From Scyliorhinus canicula (taxonomy: Eukaryota), in the NCBI RefSeq assembly GCF_902713615.1, contig NW_024056010.1, positions 186,001-250,000 on the forward strand: 64,000 nucleotides of DNA, given 5' to 3'. Position numbers and translations under genes: made by a program. Under the pieces are notes generated by a model. That model searched no databases, was not told where the DNA came from, and worked only from the letters and a program-made list of their open reading frames with translations. Below, piece after piece: positions 36,894 through 47,475 of this stretch. Within the stretch, counting starts at the first letter, position 1, and each line of letters starts with the position of its first letter.

Positions 36894-39800
36894 GTGCAAG
36901 AAGTGTGTTCAGTTGCAGCTCTTGTTAGACCGCTTGATGGCTCTGGAGCTGCGGATGGACTCACTTTGGAGCATCCGCGATGCTGAGGAGGTCGTGGATA
37001 GCACGATTAGCGAGTTGGTCACACCGCAGGTGAAGGTTACTGAGGGAGATAGAAAATGGGTGACCGAAAGAAAGAGCAAGAGTAGGAAGGCAGTGCAGGT
37101 GTCCCCTGCGGTCATCTCGCTGCAAAACAGATATACCGCTTTGTATACTGTTGAGGGAGATGCCTCACCAGGGGAAGGCAGCAGCAGCCAGGTTCATGGC
37201 ACCGTGGCTGGCTCTGCTGCACAGCAGGGCAGGAAGAAAAATGGCAGGGCTATAGTGATAGGGGACTCGATCGTAAGGGGAATAGACAGGCGGTTCTGTG
37301 GACGCAATCGAGACTCCAGGATGGTATGTTGCCTCCCTGGTGCAAGGGTCAAGGATGTCTCGGAGCGGCTGCAGGACATTCTGGGGGGGCGAGGGTGAAC
37401 AGCCAGCTGTCGTGGTGCACATAGGCACCAACGATATAGGTAAAAAACGGGATGAGGTCCTACAAGCGGAATTCAGGGAGTTAGGAGTTAAACTAAAAAG
37501 TAGGACCTCAAAGGTAGTAATCTCAGGATTGCTACCAGTGCCACGAGCTAGTCAGAGTAGGAATGTCAGGATAGATAGGATGAATGCGTGGCTCGAGAGA
37601 TGGTGCAAGAGGGAGGGATTCAAATTCCTGGGGCATTGGGACCGGTTCTGGGGGAGGTGGGACCAGTACAAACCGGACGGTCTGCACTTGGGCAGGACTG
37701 GAACCGATGTCCTAGGGGGGGTGTTTTCTAGAGCTGTTGGGGAGGGTTTAAACTAATGTGGCAGGGGGATGGGAACCAATGCTGGAAGTTGGAAGGTAGT
37801 AAAACAGGGACAGAAACAAAAGGAAGTAAGGGGAAAAATGCAAGGCAGAGAAGACATGGTCAGAAATCCATAAGGGCGACAGTACAAGGTACAGTGACTG
37901 AGGGGAGCACAGTGAATAGGCCCAGTAATAACAAAAGGAATAAAACTGGAGATGTTAAGATTCAAAACAGAGGTAAAAAAACCAACATAAGTGTACTTTA
38001 CCTGAATGCTCGTAGTATTCGGAATAAAGTAAATGAGTTGGTGGCACAAATCATCATAAATGACTATGATTTAGTGGCTATTACTGAAACATGGTTAAAG
38101 GATGGTCACGACTGGGAGTTAAATATCCGAGGGTATCAAACTATTCGGAAGGACAGAGTGGATGGTAAGGGAGGTGGTGTTGCTCTGTTATTTAAGGATG
38201 ACATCCGGGCAATAGTAAGGGATGACATCGGTGCTATGGAGGATAAGGTTGAATCCATTTGGGTGGAAATCAGGAATAGTAAGGCGCAAAAGTCACTGAT
38301 AGGAGTAGTCTATCGGCCACCAAATAGTAACGAGATGGTGGGGCAGGCAATAAACAAAGAAATAACTGATGCATGTAGAAATGGTACAGCAGTTATCATG
38401 GGGGATTTTAGTCTACATGTCGATTGGTTTAACCAGGTCGGTCAAGGCAACCGTGAGGAGGAGTTTATAGAATGTATCCGCGATAGTTTCCTAGAACAGT
38501 ATGTAATGGAACCTACGAGGGAACAAGCGATCCTAGATCTTGTCCTGTGTAATGAGACAGGATTGATTCATGATCTCATAGTTAGGGATCCTCTCGGAAG
38601 GAGCGATCACAATATGGTGGAATTTAAAATACAGATGGAGGGTGAGAAAGTAGAATCAAATACTAGTGTTTTGTGTTTAAACAAAGGAGATTACAAGGGG
38701 ATGAGAGAAGAACTAGCTAAGGTAGACTGGGAGCTAAGACTTTATGGTGGAACAGTTGAGGAACAGTGGAGAACCTTCCAAGCGATTTTTCACAGTGCTC
38801 AGCAAAGGTTTATACCAACAAAAAGGAAGGACGGAAGAAAGAGGGAAAATCGACCCTGGATATCTAAGGAAATAAGGGAGAGTATCAAATTGAAGGAAAA
38901 AGCATATAAAGTGGCAAAGATTGCTGGGAGATTAGAGGACTGGGAAATCTTTAGGGGGCAACAGAAAGCTACTAAAAAAAGCTATAAAGAAGAGTAAGAT
39001 AGAGTATGAGAGTAAACTTGCTCAGAATATAAAAACAGACAGTAAAAGTTTTTACAAATATATAAGACAAAAAAGAGTGGCTAAGGTAAATATTGGTCCT
39101 TTAGAGGATGAGAAGGGAGTTTTAATAATGGGAAATGAGGAAATGGCTGAGGAACTGAACAGGTTTTTTGGGTCGGTCTTCACAGTGGAAGACACAAATA
39201 ACATGCCAGCGACTGATAGAAATGAGGCTATGACAGGTGAGGACGTTGAGAGGATTGTTATCACTAAGGAGGGAGTGATGGGCAAGCTAATGGGGCTAAA
39301 GGTAGACAAGTCTCCTGGCCCTGATGGAATGCATCCCAGAGTGCTAAAAGAGATGGCTAGGGAAATTGCAGATGCACTAGTGATAATTTACCGAAATTCA
39401 CTAGACTCTGGGGTGGTCCCGGTGGATTGGAAATTAGCAAACGTGACGCCACTGTTTAAAAAAGGAGGTAGGCAGAAAGCAGGAAATTATAGGCCAGTGA
39501 GTTTAACTTCGGTAATAGGGAAGATGCTGGAATCTATCATCAAGGAAGAAATTGCGAGGCATCTGGATAGAAATTGTCCCATTGGGCAGACGCAGCATGG
39601 GTTCGTTAAAGGCAGGTCATGCCTAACTAATTTAGTGGAATTTTTTGAGGACATTACCAGTGCAGTAGATAACGGGGAGCCGATGGATGTGGTACATCTG
39701 GATTTCCAGAAAGCCTTTGACAAGGTGCCACACAAAAGGTTGCTGCATAAGATAAAGATGCATGGCATTAAGGGTAAAGTAGTAGCATGGATAGAGGATT

Positions 39801-40897
39801 GGTTAATTAATAGAAAGCAAAGAGTTGGGATAAATGGGTGTTTCTCTGGTTGGCAATCAGTAGCTAGTGGTGTCCCTCAGGGATCAGTGTTGGGCCCACA
39901 ATTGTTCACAATTTACATCGATGATTTGGAGTTGGGGACCAAGGGAAATGTGTCCAAGTTTGCAGATGACACTAAGATGAGTGGTAAAGCGAAAAGTGCA
40001 GAGGATACTGGAAGTCTGCAGAGGGATTTGGATAGGTTAAGTTAATGGGCTCGGGTCTGGCAGATGGAATACAATGTTGACAAATGTGAGGTTATCCATT
40101 TTGGTAGGAATAACAGCAAACGGGATTATTATTTAAACAATAAAATATTAAAGCATGCCGCTATTCAGAGAGACTTGGGTGTGCTAGTGCATGAGTCACA
40201 GAAGGTTGGTTTACAAGTGCAACAGGTGATTAAGAAGGCAAATGGAATTTTGTCCTTCATTGCTAGAGGGATGGAGTTTAAGACTAGGGAGGTCATGTTG
40301 CAATTGTATAAGGTGTTAGTGCGGCCACACCTGGAGTATTGTGTTCAGTTTTGGTCTCCTTACTTGAGAAAGGACGTACTGGCGCTGGAGGGTGTGCAGA
40401 GGAGATTCACTAGGTTAATCCCAGAGCTGAAGTGGTTGGATTATGAGGAGAGGTTGAGTAGACTGGGACTGTACTCGTTGGAATTTAGAAGGATGAGGGG
40501 GGATCTTATAGAAACATTTAAAATTATGAAGGGAATAGATAGGATAGATGCGGGCAGGTTGTTTCCACTGGTGGGTGACAGCAGAACTAGGGGGCATAGC
40601 CTCAAAATAAGGGGAAGTAGATTTAGGACTGAGTTTAGGAGGAACTTCTTCACCCAAAGGGTTGTGAATCTATGGAATTCCTTGCCCAGTGAAGCAGTTG
40701 AGGCTCCTTCATTACATGTTTTTAAGGTAAAGATAGATAGTTTTTTGAAGAATAAAGGGATTAAGGGTTATGGTGTTCGGGCCGGAAAGTGCAGCTGAGT
40801 CCACAAAAGATCAGCCATGATCTAATTGAATGGCGGAGCAGGCTCGAGGGGCCAGATGGCCTACTCCTGCTCCTAGTTCTTATGTTCTTATGTTCTT
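36894..40897 (+). mobile_element. Young CR1-clade LINE (HER1-like), 5'-truncated: ORF1 esterase/SGNH part plus ORF2 APE-RT, disrupted
   Basis: ORF1 motifs VIGDSIVRG, VHIGTNDIG, DGLHL; ORF2 APE motifs YLNARSIRNK, AITETWL, YRPPN, SDH; RT motifs [14 protein letters not shown]. Frameshifts near 37390 and 38985, stop at 40043-40045; (gttcttat)n tail; atcac at both ends (36889-36893, 40898-40902); absent from the paralog. Confidence 0.97.
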
Positions 40898-41066
40898 ATC
40901 ACAGAACCGTTCCAGAGGAAGCGACTGCTTTAAGACGTGAAAGTGGGTGGAGCGAAGAAATCGAATTCGCGCTCACAACATCTCCCTATATCTTTCATCG
41001 TCTCCAATTACAGGATTGGTACAGTCAGTGAAAACTGTCTCTCTTTCTGGAGTTCAGACTCGAAAC

Positions 41067-41548
41067 ATGGGGCTGATACTCTGCCTGTCTCTGGTTATTG
41101 TCCTGACCGCAGGTTGGTTATATTGAACCTCTGTACTAAATCCTACAATTGCCAAAAGTGTTCTTATTTCTATCTCCTGGTACTCCTCCTCCTCTCCTTA
41201 CTCCTTCTAACCCGCTTTGTGCCGTTTCTATATTTCAGAGATGAGTAAGGGAGACTCAGTGTCCCAGTCAGAAGAAAGAGTCGATGCAGAAGAGGGTGAA
41301 GGTTCAGCAATACCCTGCAGTTACTCGGCATCGAGTTCAGCTATAAACTATGGCCTGTTCTGGTATCGCCAGTATCCACACCGAGCTCCCCAGTATCTGC
41401 TCAGAGCCGATAGTTATGGGTATAATGAGACGGCTCCGGGCTTTGAACACTTCAGCGGGAAACTCAACCGGACACAAAACACTTTTCACTTGTCCCTGAC
41501 AGATTTGAAGATGACAGACAGTGCCGTGTATTATTGCGCGCTGAGACC
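41067..41548 (+). CDS. TRAV/TRDV: TCR alpha/delta-type V segment V1 (leader 41067-41112, V exon 41239-41548), open frame
   Basis: MGLILCLSLVIVLTA-EMSKGDSVSQSEER...IPCSYSASSSAINYGLFWYRQYPHRAPQYLL...DSAVYYCALRP; RSS cacagtg (41549-41555), 23 bp, acacaagct (41579-41587, weak nonamer). Confidence 0.93.
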
Positions 41549-42298
41549 CACAGTGGATGAGGGCCCGGCCGGACTCATACACAAGCTGGAGCAGGTGGGC
41601 AATCAAGTTCTCGTTATCAGGAATTCCAATAGAACATTTTCAGATAACGAACTGGACAATGCAGCTTCATCTGAATGGTTTTCCCTCGCTGAAGTCAATG
41701 ATTGTCACTATTGGAAATTGTATCATGTTATATTATTCCAGGAATAAGTTCTATAATTTCCCTTCCCGCTTCGCACAAACCTGAAGATCACCCGGGTAAA
41801 TAATTGAATATATCTGTAACTTTAAACATTCTTGATCAGGTGAAAATATATCAGGCGGCATCTTTTAAAAGTGATTTAATTTCAGAGTTGTCACATTCTA
41901 AATTTCCTGGGGTACAAATAATGACTGACTGAAATCAATACTTTATGGTACAAAAGTTCCTAGTGGAAGCGCATTGTGGTGTACAGTTGGCTCACTATTT
42001 ATCCACTGTACCCTTAACACAATAATTATTAATTATATTCACGTACTGAATGGCACTTGACTGATTTTAAGATATTTATTTAATCTTTCACCTTAATTAG
42101 AGAAAAAGATTTACCTCAGGAAGGATGTAAACACTGAGATCGAAGCAAAACGATTTAAACGGAGAAAGAAGCAGAATGACTGATAATGTGACACAGAGAA
42201 AGTGAGTGAGAAAGACCAAAACACACAGCCAGGGATGGAATGTGATTGGAGAGAACCAGCTGCAATAAATCCCCAGCTAACAGTGATTGGTCCACAGC

Positions 42299-42306
42299 TG
42301 ACGTCA
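42299..42306. promoter_or_regulatory. CRE palindrome TGACGTCA in the V2 promoter
   Basis: ~140 bp upstream of the V2 ATG, flanked by gattgg (CCAAT) boxes; paralog has TGACATCA at ~52860. Confidence 0.6.
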
Positions 42307-42447
42307 GAGCTGAGAGACCAGCCAAACGCAGCACTGAGAGACGCCTCTCAGTTTCCCAAGCGTTGATCGGAGTTTACACTTTGATATTAGGCTCGAAGCA
42401 GCGATATATTTAAAGCAGGGCTTCTATTTATTCTCCCATAAGGAACC

Positions 42448-42885
42448 ATGTGCTCCCTATCTGCTTTACTGATAATAATGGCCTTGCTGTCCGGTGAGTC
42501 TGAACTCAAATCCTCAGTCTGTCTTTCATGCGTTATATTTACTCCCAGATTTCTGACACATTCTATCTGTCGTTACAGGAACCAGAAGCCAAGATTCAGC
42601 TTCCCAGGATCCACCTGAATTAACGGTTCAGGAAGGACAGACAGCAATATTGAACTGCAGTTACAAAGCAAAATATACTGACCAGAATCTCTTCTGGTAC
42701 ATCCAGTATCCAGGAGAAGCTCCGAGATACCTACTGAAGAAATATAGCACGGGAAACGGAGAAAGGTCTTCCGATTTCCCAGACCGATTTTCTGCTGATT
42801 TGGACAAGGATAAGAAAATAGTTCCTTTAAATATCACCGAAGTCCGTGTCTCTGACTCTGCCGTGTATCTCTGTGCTCTGAGCCC
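42448..42885 (+). CDS. TRAV/TRDV: TCR alpha/delta-type V segment V2 (leader 42448-42493, V exon 42579-42885), open frame
   Basis: MCSLSALLIIMALLS-GTRSQDSASQDPPELTVQEGQTAILNCSYKAKYTDQNLFWYIQYPGEAPRYLL...DSAVYLCALSP; RSS cacattg (42886-42892), 23 bp, acaaaaacc (42916-42924). Confidence 0.94.
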
Positions 42886-43213
42886 CACATTGTTACAGGG
42901 ACCCAGTCAGTTCGTACAAAAACCGGTAAGGCACTCTCACCTCCTCTCACCAACCCGATCTGACACCTGGATTGAGAAGTGTTAGTACAACCAAAACTAT
43001 ATTAGAAATAACAGCTTGCCCAGATGACCTCTTTCTATGGTGCTGAATGTTTTTTCATTCTCTGTAAAATCGCAATTTACGGTAGTTTTCCTGGTCTCCG
43101 AGCTGATCTTTAAATGGGGAACTTTCGTTCTCTTATCAAAACAGCATGAACTGTTGTCAATCCGTGTCCCACCTCAAATATTAACCCCGATAAAGAACCA
43201 AAATGTGATTTAA

Positions 43214-43385
43214 TAATAATTGCTGATTGTCACAAGTAGGCTTCAGTGAAGTCACTGTGAAAAGTGGCTAATCGCCACAATCCGGAGCTTTTCCGAGGAG
43301 GCCTGTGCCGGAATTGAACCCGCGCGGGCTTGTTCTGCATTACAAGCCAGCTGTTTAACCCAGTGTGTTAAACGAACCCAGAACG
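43214..43385 (-). mobile_element. Short SINE, cassette copy 1 only
   Basis: Reverse of the 10906 family; not present at ~53755 in copy 2. Confidence 0.75.
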
Positions 43386-43659
43386 TCTATTAGGAACGTA
43401 GTTGTTCAGTCCTCCAGTTTCGTCAGTTTCTTCAAGGAGAGTTCAAATGGATCTGCGGATATTAAGGTAAATGCGACATTTTTGGATAGTGCAGGAAGGT
43501 GGATGTGATATAGATTAGCCAGGATCTTATTGCATGGCGGAGCAGGCACAAGTGAAGGAGCAAATAAACCACTGCTGCTCCTATTTCTTGTTCTCTGAAA
43601 TTCTTCAGTTCAGTTCATTGTTCTGAGAACAGTTTCATGTGGTTCCAGGCTCCTTGTTC

Positions 43660-43667
43660 TGACGTCA
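43660..43667. promoter_or_regulatory. CRE palindrome TGACGTCA in the V3 promoter
   Basis: Conserved in the paralog at 54025-54032; TGTGGTT (RUNX) ~20 bp upstream and several CCAAT boxes downstream. Confidence 0.6.
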
Positions 43668-43872
43668 TAGGTTTGAGAACAAAAAACTTTGAGCTGATTG
43701 GTTGAAATGTAGGACACAGTAGCTGAGGGCTGATTGGGTGTCGCCTTTTCAGTCTGTCAGGAATGAACCAATCAGTAGCGAGGTGGGATATGGCTCAACA
43801 TCTTGTCAACTCTTACCTGAAACAATTCAGCTTTAATTCGCTCTGCTTGAATCCACCACCAGCTCAGTGAAC

Positions 43873-44374
43873 ATGTTGGCTGTTACCTTTTACACATTGC
43901 TGGCAGCTGCAGCTGTCTTAACTGGTAAGTTCCACACTTTGCTCGTGATACCGATATTGGAATTATCCATTAAAATGCGCCTCGCCTAAGTTTGCAATGT
44001 ATTATGTCAATTGATAACATCGTGATAATGAAAAAAATAAAACTCCTCTATTTGTAAATTTCTGCAGGTGTTAGAAGTGCAGACTCGGTCTCACAAGAGC
44101 CGGTTACAACGACAATGTGTGATGGAGACTCGCTGACCATCAATTTCAGCTATTCGACCACAGCTACTTCATATTCATTACAGTTGTACCGACAGGGCCG
44201 GCGTGAAGCACCCACATTTTTGATCTACATCCCGAAATACGGAGATATTTTCAGAGCAGTGGGCCTGGAGTCTCGATTTTCAGCATCTCTGGACATTACG
44301 AAAAGTGAGGGGAATTTCACCATCCGGGAGCTGCGGCTGTCTGACAGCGCGGCGTATTACTGCGGACTGAGAGA
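43873..44374 (+). CDS. TRAV/TRDV: TCR alpha/delta-type V segment V3 (leader 43873-43924, V exon 44068-44374): open frame but lacks C23 and W41, probably non-functional
   Basis: GVRSADSVSQEPVTTTMCDGDSLTINFSYSTTATSYSLQLYRQ...DSAAYYCGLRD; TTC (Phe) at 44145-44147 where the paralog has TGC; TTG (Leu) at 44184-44186 at the W41 position; RSS cacagtg (44375-44381), 23 bp, acaaaaaca. Confidence 0.88.
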
Positions 44375-45601
44375 CACAGTGACAGCGACCAGAGGCGGCC
44401 TCGTACAAAAACACAGCCACAGTGTGACAAAGATAATGGCGGGCAGATGGGGGAAAACTGGGCTTTATGAATGCATCAGCAGATATTTCTGATTGAATTA
44501 AACCCAAATTATTACAAGCAGAGAGCAACCGATGCAGCGCTCGGGATGGTTTTTTCTGCTTATTTTACATCCTAAATATTTGAGTATTTATTTCGGTTTC
44601 CAAATTGAAATATTGTGACAAAAATGCTGATTTGGCATTGACATTGTGGTAATGGTGTCTTTTTTGACATTGATATCTTTCACACACCAGGTAAATGCAG
44701 CAGCGGGTATAAAAAACTGAGGGAGCTCAGATCAAATGGACAAATTGTTTGTGCAGAAAGCCTTACCCGATGTGTTCAGATTTCCCAGAGCGATTCTGGT
44801 GCTGATGGAAAACTCTCTGACGTCCTTTTCCATTTGGTTTTTGCAGTCAGTTGGTTTTATTACCATCAGCCCCAATGCCTAGAACACGCCAAAGCCGTTC
44901 TTATGGATAATTTACGTACGAATCATTGTTCATCAGTTTCTAATCATGTCCGGAAAATAACCTCTGTACCTTTTCTGTATTGAGGATTGGTTGTTCGGCA
45001 GCGCAGATCTGAGCATTGCTAAAACTAATTGTCGACATTTTTCGTCTTGTAATCATCAGGACAATGGTAAGAACATCAATGTCAGGGGAGACAGAAAAAT
45101 GTATTTTTTCAGCAATGTTAAGGATTCTCAGTTTTAATACGTGTCAGTGACAGTAACACTGAGAGGTGGTTAATGGGGTTATTATAAAACATATGAAGAT
45201 TTTTCTCAGCAGAGGTTTTTGGTTTGCACTATCGACTGATATTTCAAACCAAAAATACCTTGTCCCTCAGAGATTTCCTGAACAGCGGTCAGGGATATAA
45301 AAGGCTCCCGGCCACCTGCAGTTTACTTTCTCGATGGTTGTGGCGAGTTCTCAGATATCCTCATATCAGCATCAACTCATTCTGCTCTCAGTAAATGCAA
45401 TAATCGGACTGATTCTGTCTTCCATGTGAAAGATTTTAGATGGTGTCTATATGGATTGTGCCCATGGTCTGTGCGCACATGAATGTATTCAGGTGTCAGT
45501 GTCTGAGCCGCTGTTATAAACAGCTCTCAACAGACAGCAGCTGTGACCCAGAAACCTGCGGCAGTTTTTGTCCCAGGCTTTCCCTCGTTACCATCACTGT
45601 G

Positions 45602-46853
45602 AGACTGTGCACAGTAATAGACCGCGGTGTCAGACAGCCGCAGCTCAGGGATGGTCAATCCGTACAACTTGTCGGACTGCTGAACTTCATCAGAAAACCA
45701 GCCTTGAGCGAAATCCGCCTTCAATTCAGAACCGATGCCCGTGTTCTTCTGGATCACAAACTGAAGCTGTCTGCCTGGGTACTGCCGGTACCAGAATAAG
45801 TATACAGCACCGCCGGTGTAGGTGCAGGTTAGAGTGACATCTTCTCCCTCTGTCTGTGTGAGTGAGGATTCCCGCTGAGTAACAGAATCTACATCGCTCA
45901 GACCTGCAACATACGGTTATAGAAAGCGGAAATCATTGATTAAAAATTCAACTGAACTGAACTGAGTGAAAATTCGGTCGGTGTAATATACAAATAGATA
46001 GAATTTAGAGTACAAGAAAGCTGATTCGGACAGATTGCTTCATGTCAGTGTTTACAATCCTCAGGAGAATCCTCTGTCTCTCCTCATCTCATTGTATCAG
46101 CAAATCCCTCCGTCCCTTTCTCCCTCATCTGTTTATCTAGTTTCCCTTTAAATGTCTTTATTCCGCTCCTGAGCTCTTCCTTTTGTCAATTTGAGCCACA
46201 TTTTACCGACTCTCTTTCTCAACTGGTTACTCCTGATCTCCCAGTTACAGAATTTGGTGGTGCTTAGATTTCTGGCACCAGGGCGCCATGTGGCGCAGTG
46301 GGTAGCACTGGGACTGCGGCGCTGAGGACGCAGGTTCGAACCCGGCACTGGGTCACTGTCCGTGTGGAATTTGCACGTTCTCCCCATGTCTGCTTGGGTT
46401 TCACCCCCACAACCCAAAGATGTGCAGGTCAGGTGGATTGGCCATGCTAAATTACCCCTTAATTGGAATCAAACAATTGGCCACTCTAAATTTTAAAAAA
46501 ACAATTTCTGGCAGCGAGATTTAAAACCTGTGGAATTATCATTGTAAGGACATCAAGGTTGACTTCCCCTTAGTACAGAAAACAAACCCCAGAGCAGTTA
46601 CATTGCTTTCTGATAGATGCCATCCTCCAATTCGGTGTCGTCACTCTAAATCGCGTATGCTTTGCCAACATAAACTCCTGCAAGGAAGGGACTGGGGCAT
46701 AGACTCGTGTGCTCTCAGGGAGGTCCGATACTTGTTTAACACGGGTCTACTGATTTCCAAATTTATTGCTCCAGGAATTAAGTTAAAAAAATTTTTTAAT
46801 GTCTTACCAACAATGAATGGTACCCAGATCACAGCGGGAACGGGGATCTGCAT
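45602..46853 (-). CDS. TRAV/TRDV: TCR alpha/delta-type V segment V4, inverted (leader 46808-46853, V exon 45602-45903), open frame
   Basis: MQIPVPAVIWVPFIV-GLSDVDSVTQRESSLTQTEGEDVTLTCTYTGGAVYLFWYRQYPGRQLQFVIQKNTGIGSELKADFAQGWFSDEVQQSDKLYGLTIPELRLSDTAVYYCAQS; RSS cacagtg (45601-45595), 23 bp, acaaaaact (45571-45563). Confidence 0.93.
46281..46503 (+). mobile_element. SINE in the V4 intron, copy 1 only
   Basis: Flanked by the 10-bp repeat atttctggca (46268-46277, 46504-46513); single copy at ~57628 in the paralog. Confidence 0.88.
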
Positions 46854-46947
46854 TCCTGCTGGTCCTGGATTCCAGGGACTAATTCTGTCTCAGAATCCTG
46901 CAGAATACGCAACAAGATCAAGCTGACAGCATTGGCTGAGGATGCTC

Positions 46948-46957
46948 TGATGTCACT
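46948..46957 (-). promoter_or_regulatory. TCR V-promoter decamer (AGTGACATCA) for V4
   Basis: Matches the AGTGAYRTCA decamer, ~95 bp upstream of the ATG; paralog GGTGACATCA at 58126-58117. Confidence 0.6.
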
Positions 46958-47169
46958 ACCTACGGACCGAATGAGCGGAAGAGCTTAGTGAGTTGGATCT
47001 GATTGTTCTGACGCCACCTACTTAACCACAAATGTTTATTACATTCTGCTGATCAGAGTGTGACGAGAAAACACACACAGCTTGATCCCTAATTGATGTG
47101 AGATTGATTTTTACCTTCGGTTCACCTGAAATAAACAGTCTTGAAGGAAGAAAATACAATTGCTGAATG

Positions 47170-47475
47170 TGGATGACTGGATGGATTTGTTTATTGTCAC
47201 GTGTACCGAGGTACAGTGAAAAGTATTTATGTACAAGCCGCTCAACAGATCATTAAGTTCGTGAAAATAAAATAAAACAAAATAAAATAAATGACATAAT
47301 AGGGCAACACGAGGGACACAATGTAACTACGTAAAGGCCAGCATCGGATGAAGCATACAGGGGTGTAGTGTTAATGAGGTCAGTCTATTAGAGGGTAATT
47401 TAGGAGTCTGGTAAAAACGGGGAAGAAGCTATTTTTGAGTCTGTTCGTGCGTGTTCTCAGACTTCTGTATCTTTT
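47170..47475 (-). mobile_element. ~300-bp LINE 3'-end fragment at the junction of the two cassette copies
   Basis: tttattgtcacgtgtaccgaggtacagtgaaaagtatt... matches the insert at ~20995-21260. Confidence 0.7.

Larger units (their letters stand above)
32518..47170. repeat. Copy 1 of a tandemly duplicated four-V cassette (~10.7 kb without its 4-kb LINE)
   Basis: Colinear with 47476-58305 (32518 = 47476; 34640 = 49605; 36855 = 51425; 41067 = 51626; 42448 = 53008; 43873 = 55099; 46853 = 57978). Confidence 0.95.

Noticed and set aside
2400-41066. Additional VH/TAILV, NAR-TCR V, or TCR D/J/C segments
   Set aside because: I found no further RSS-flanked segment, FGxG J motif or C1-set exon by eye; sequence hidden in the gap cannot be excluded.
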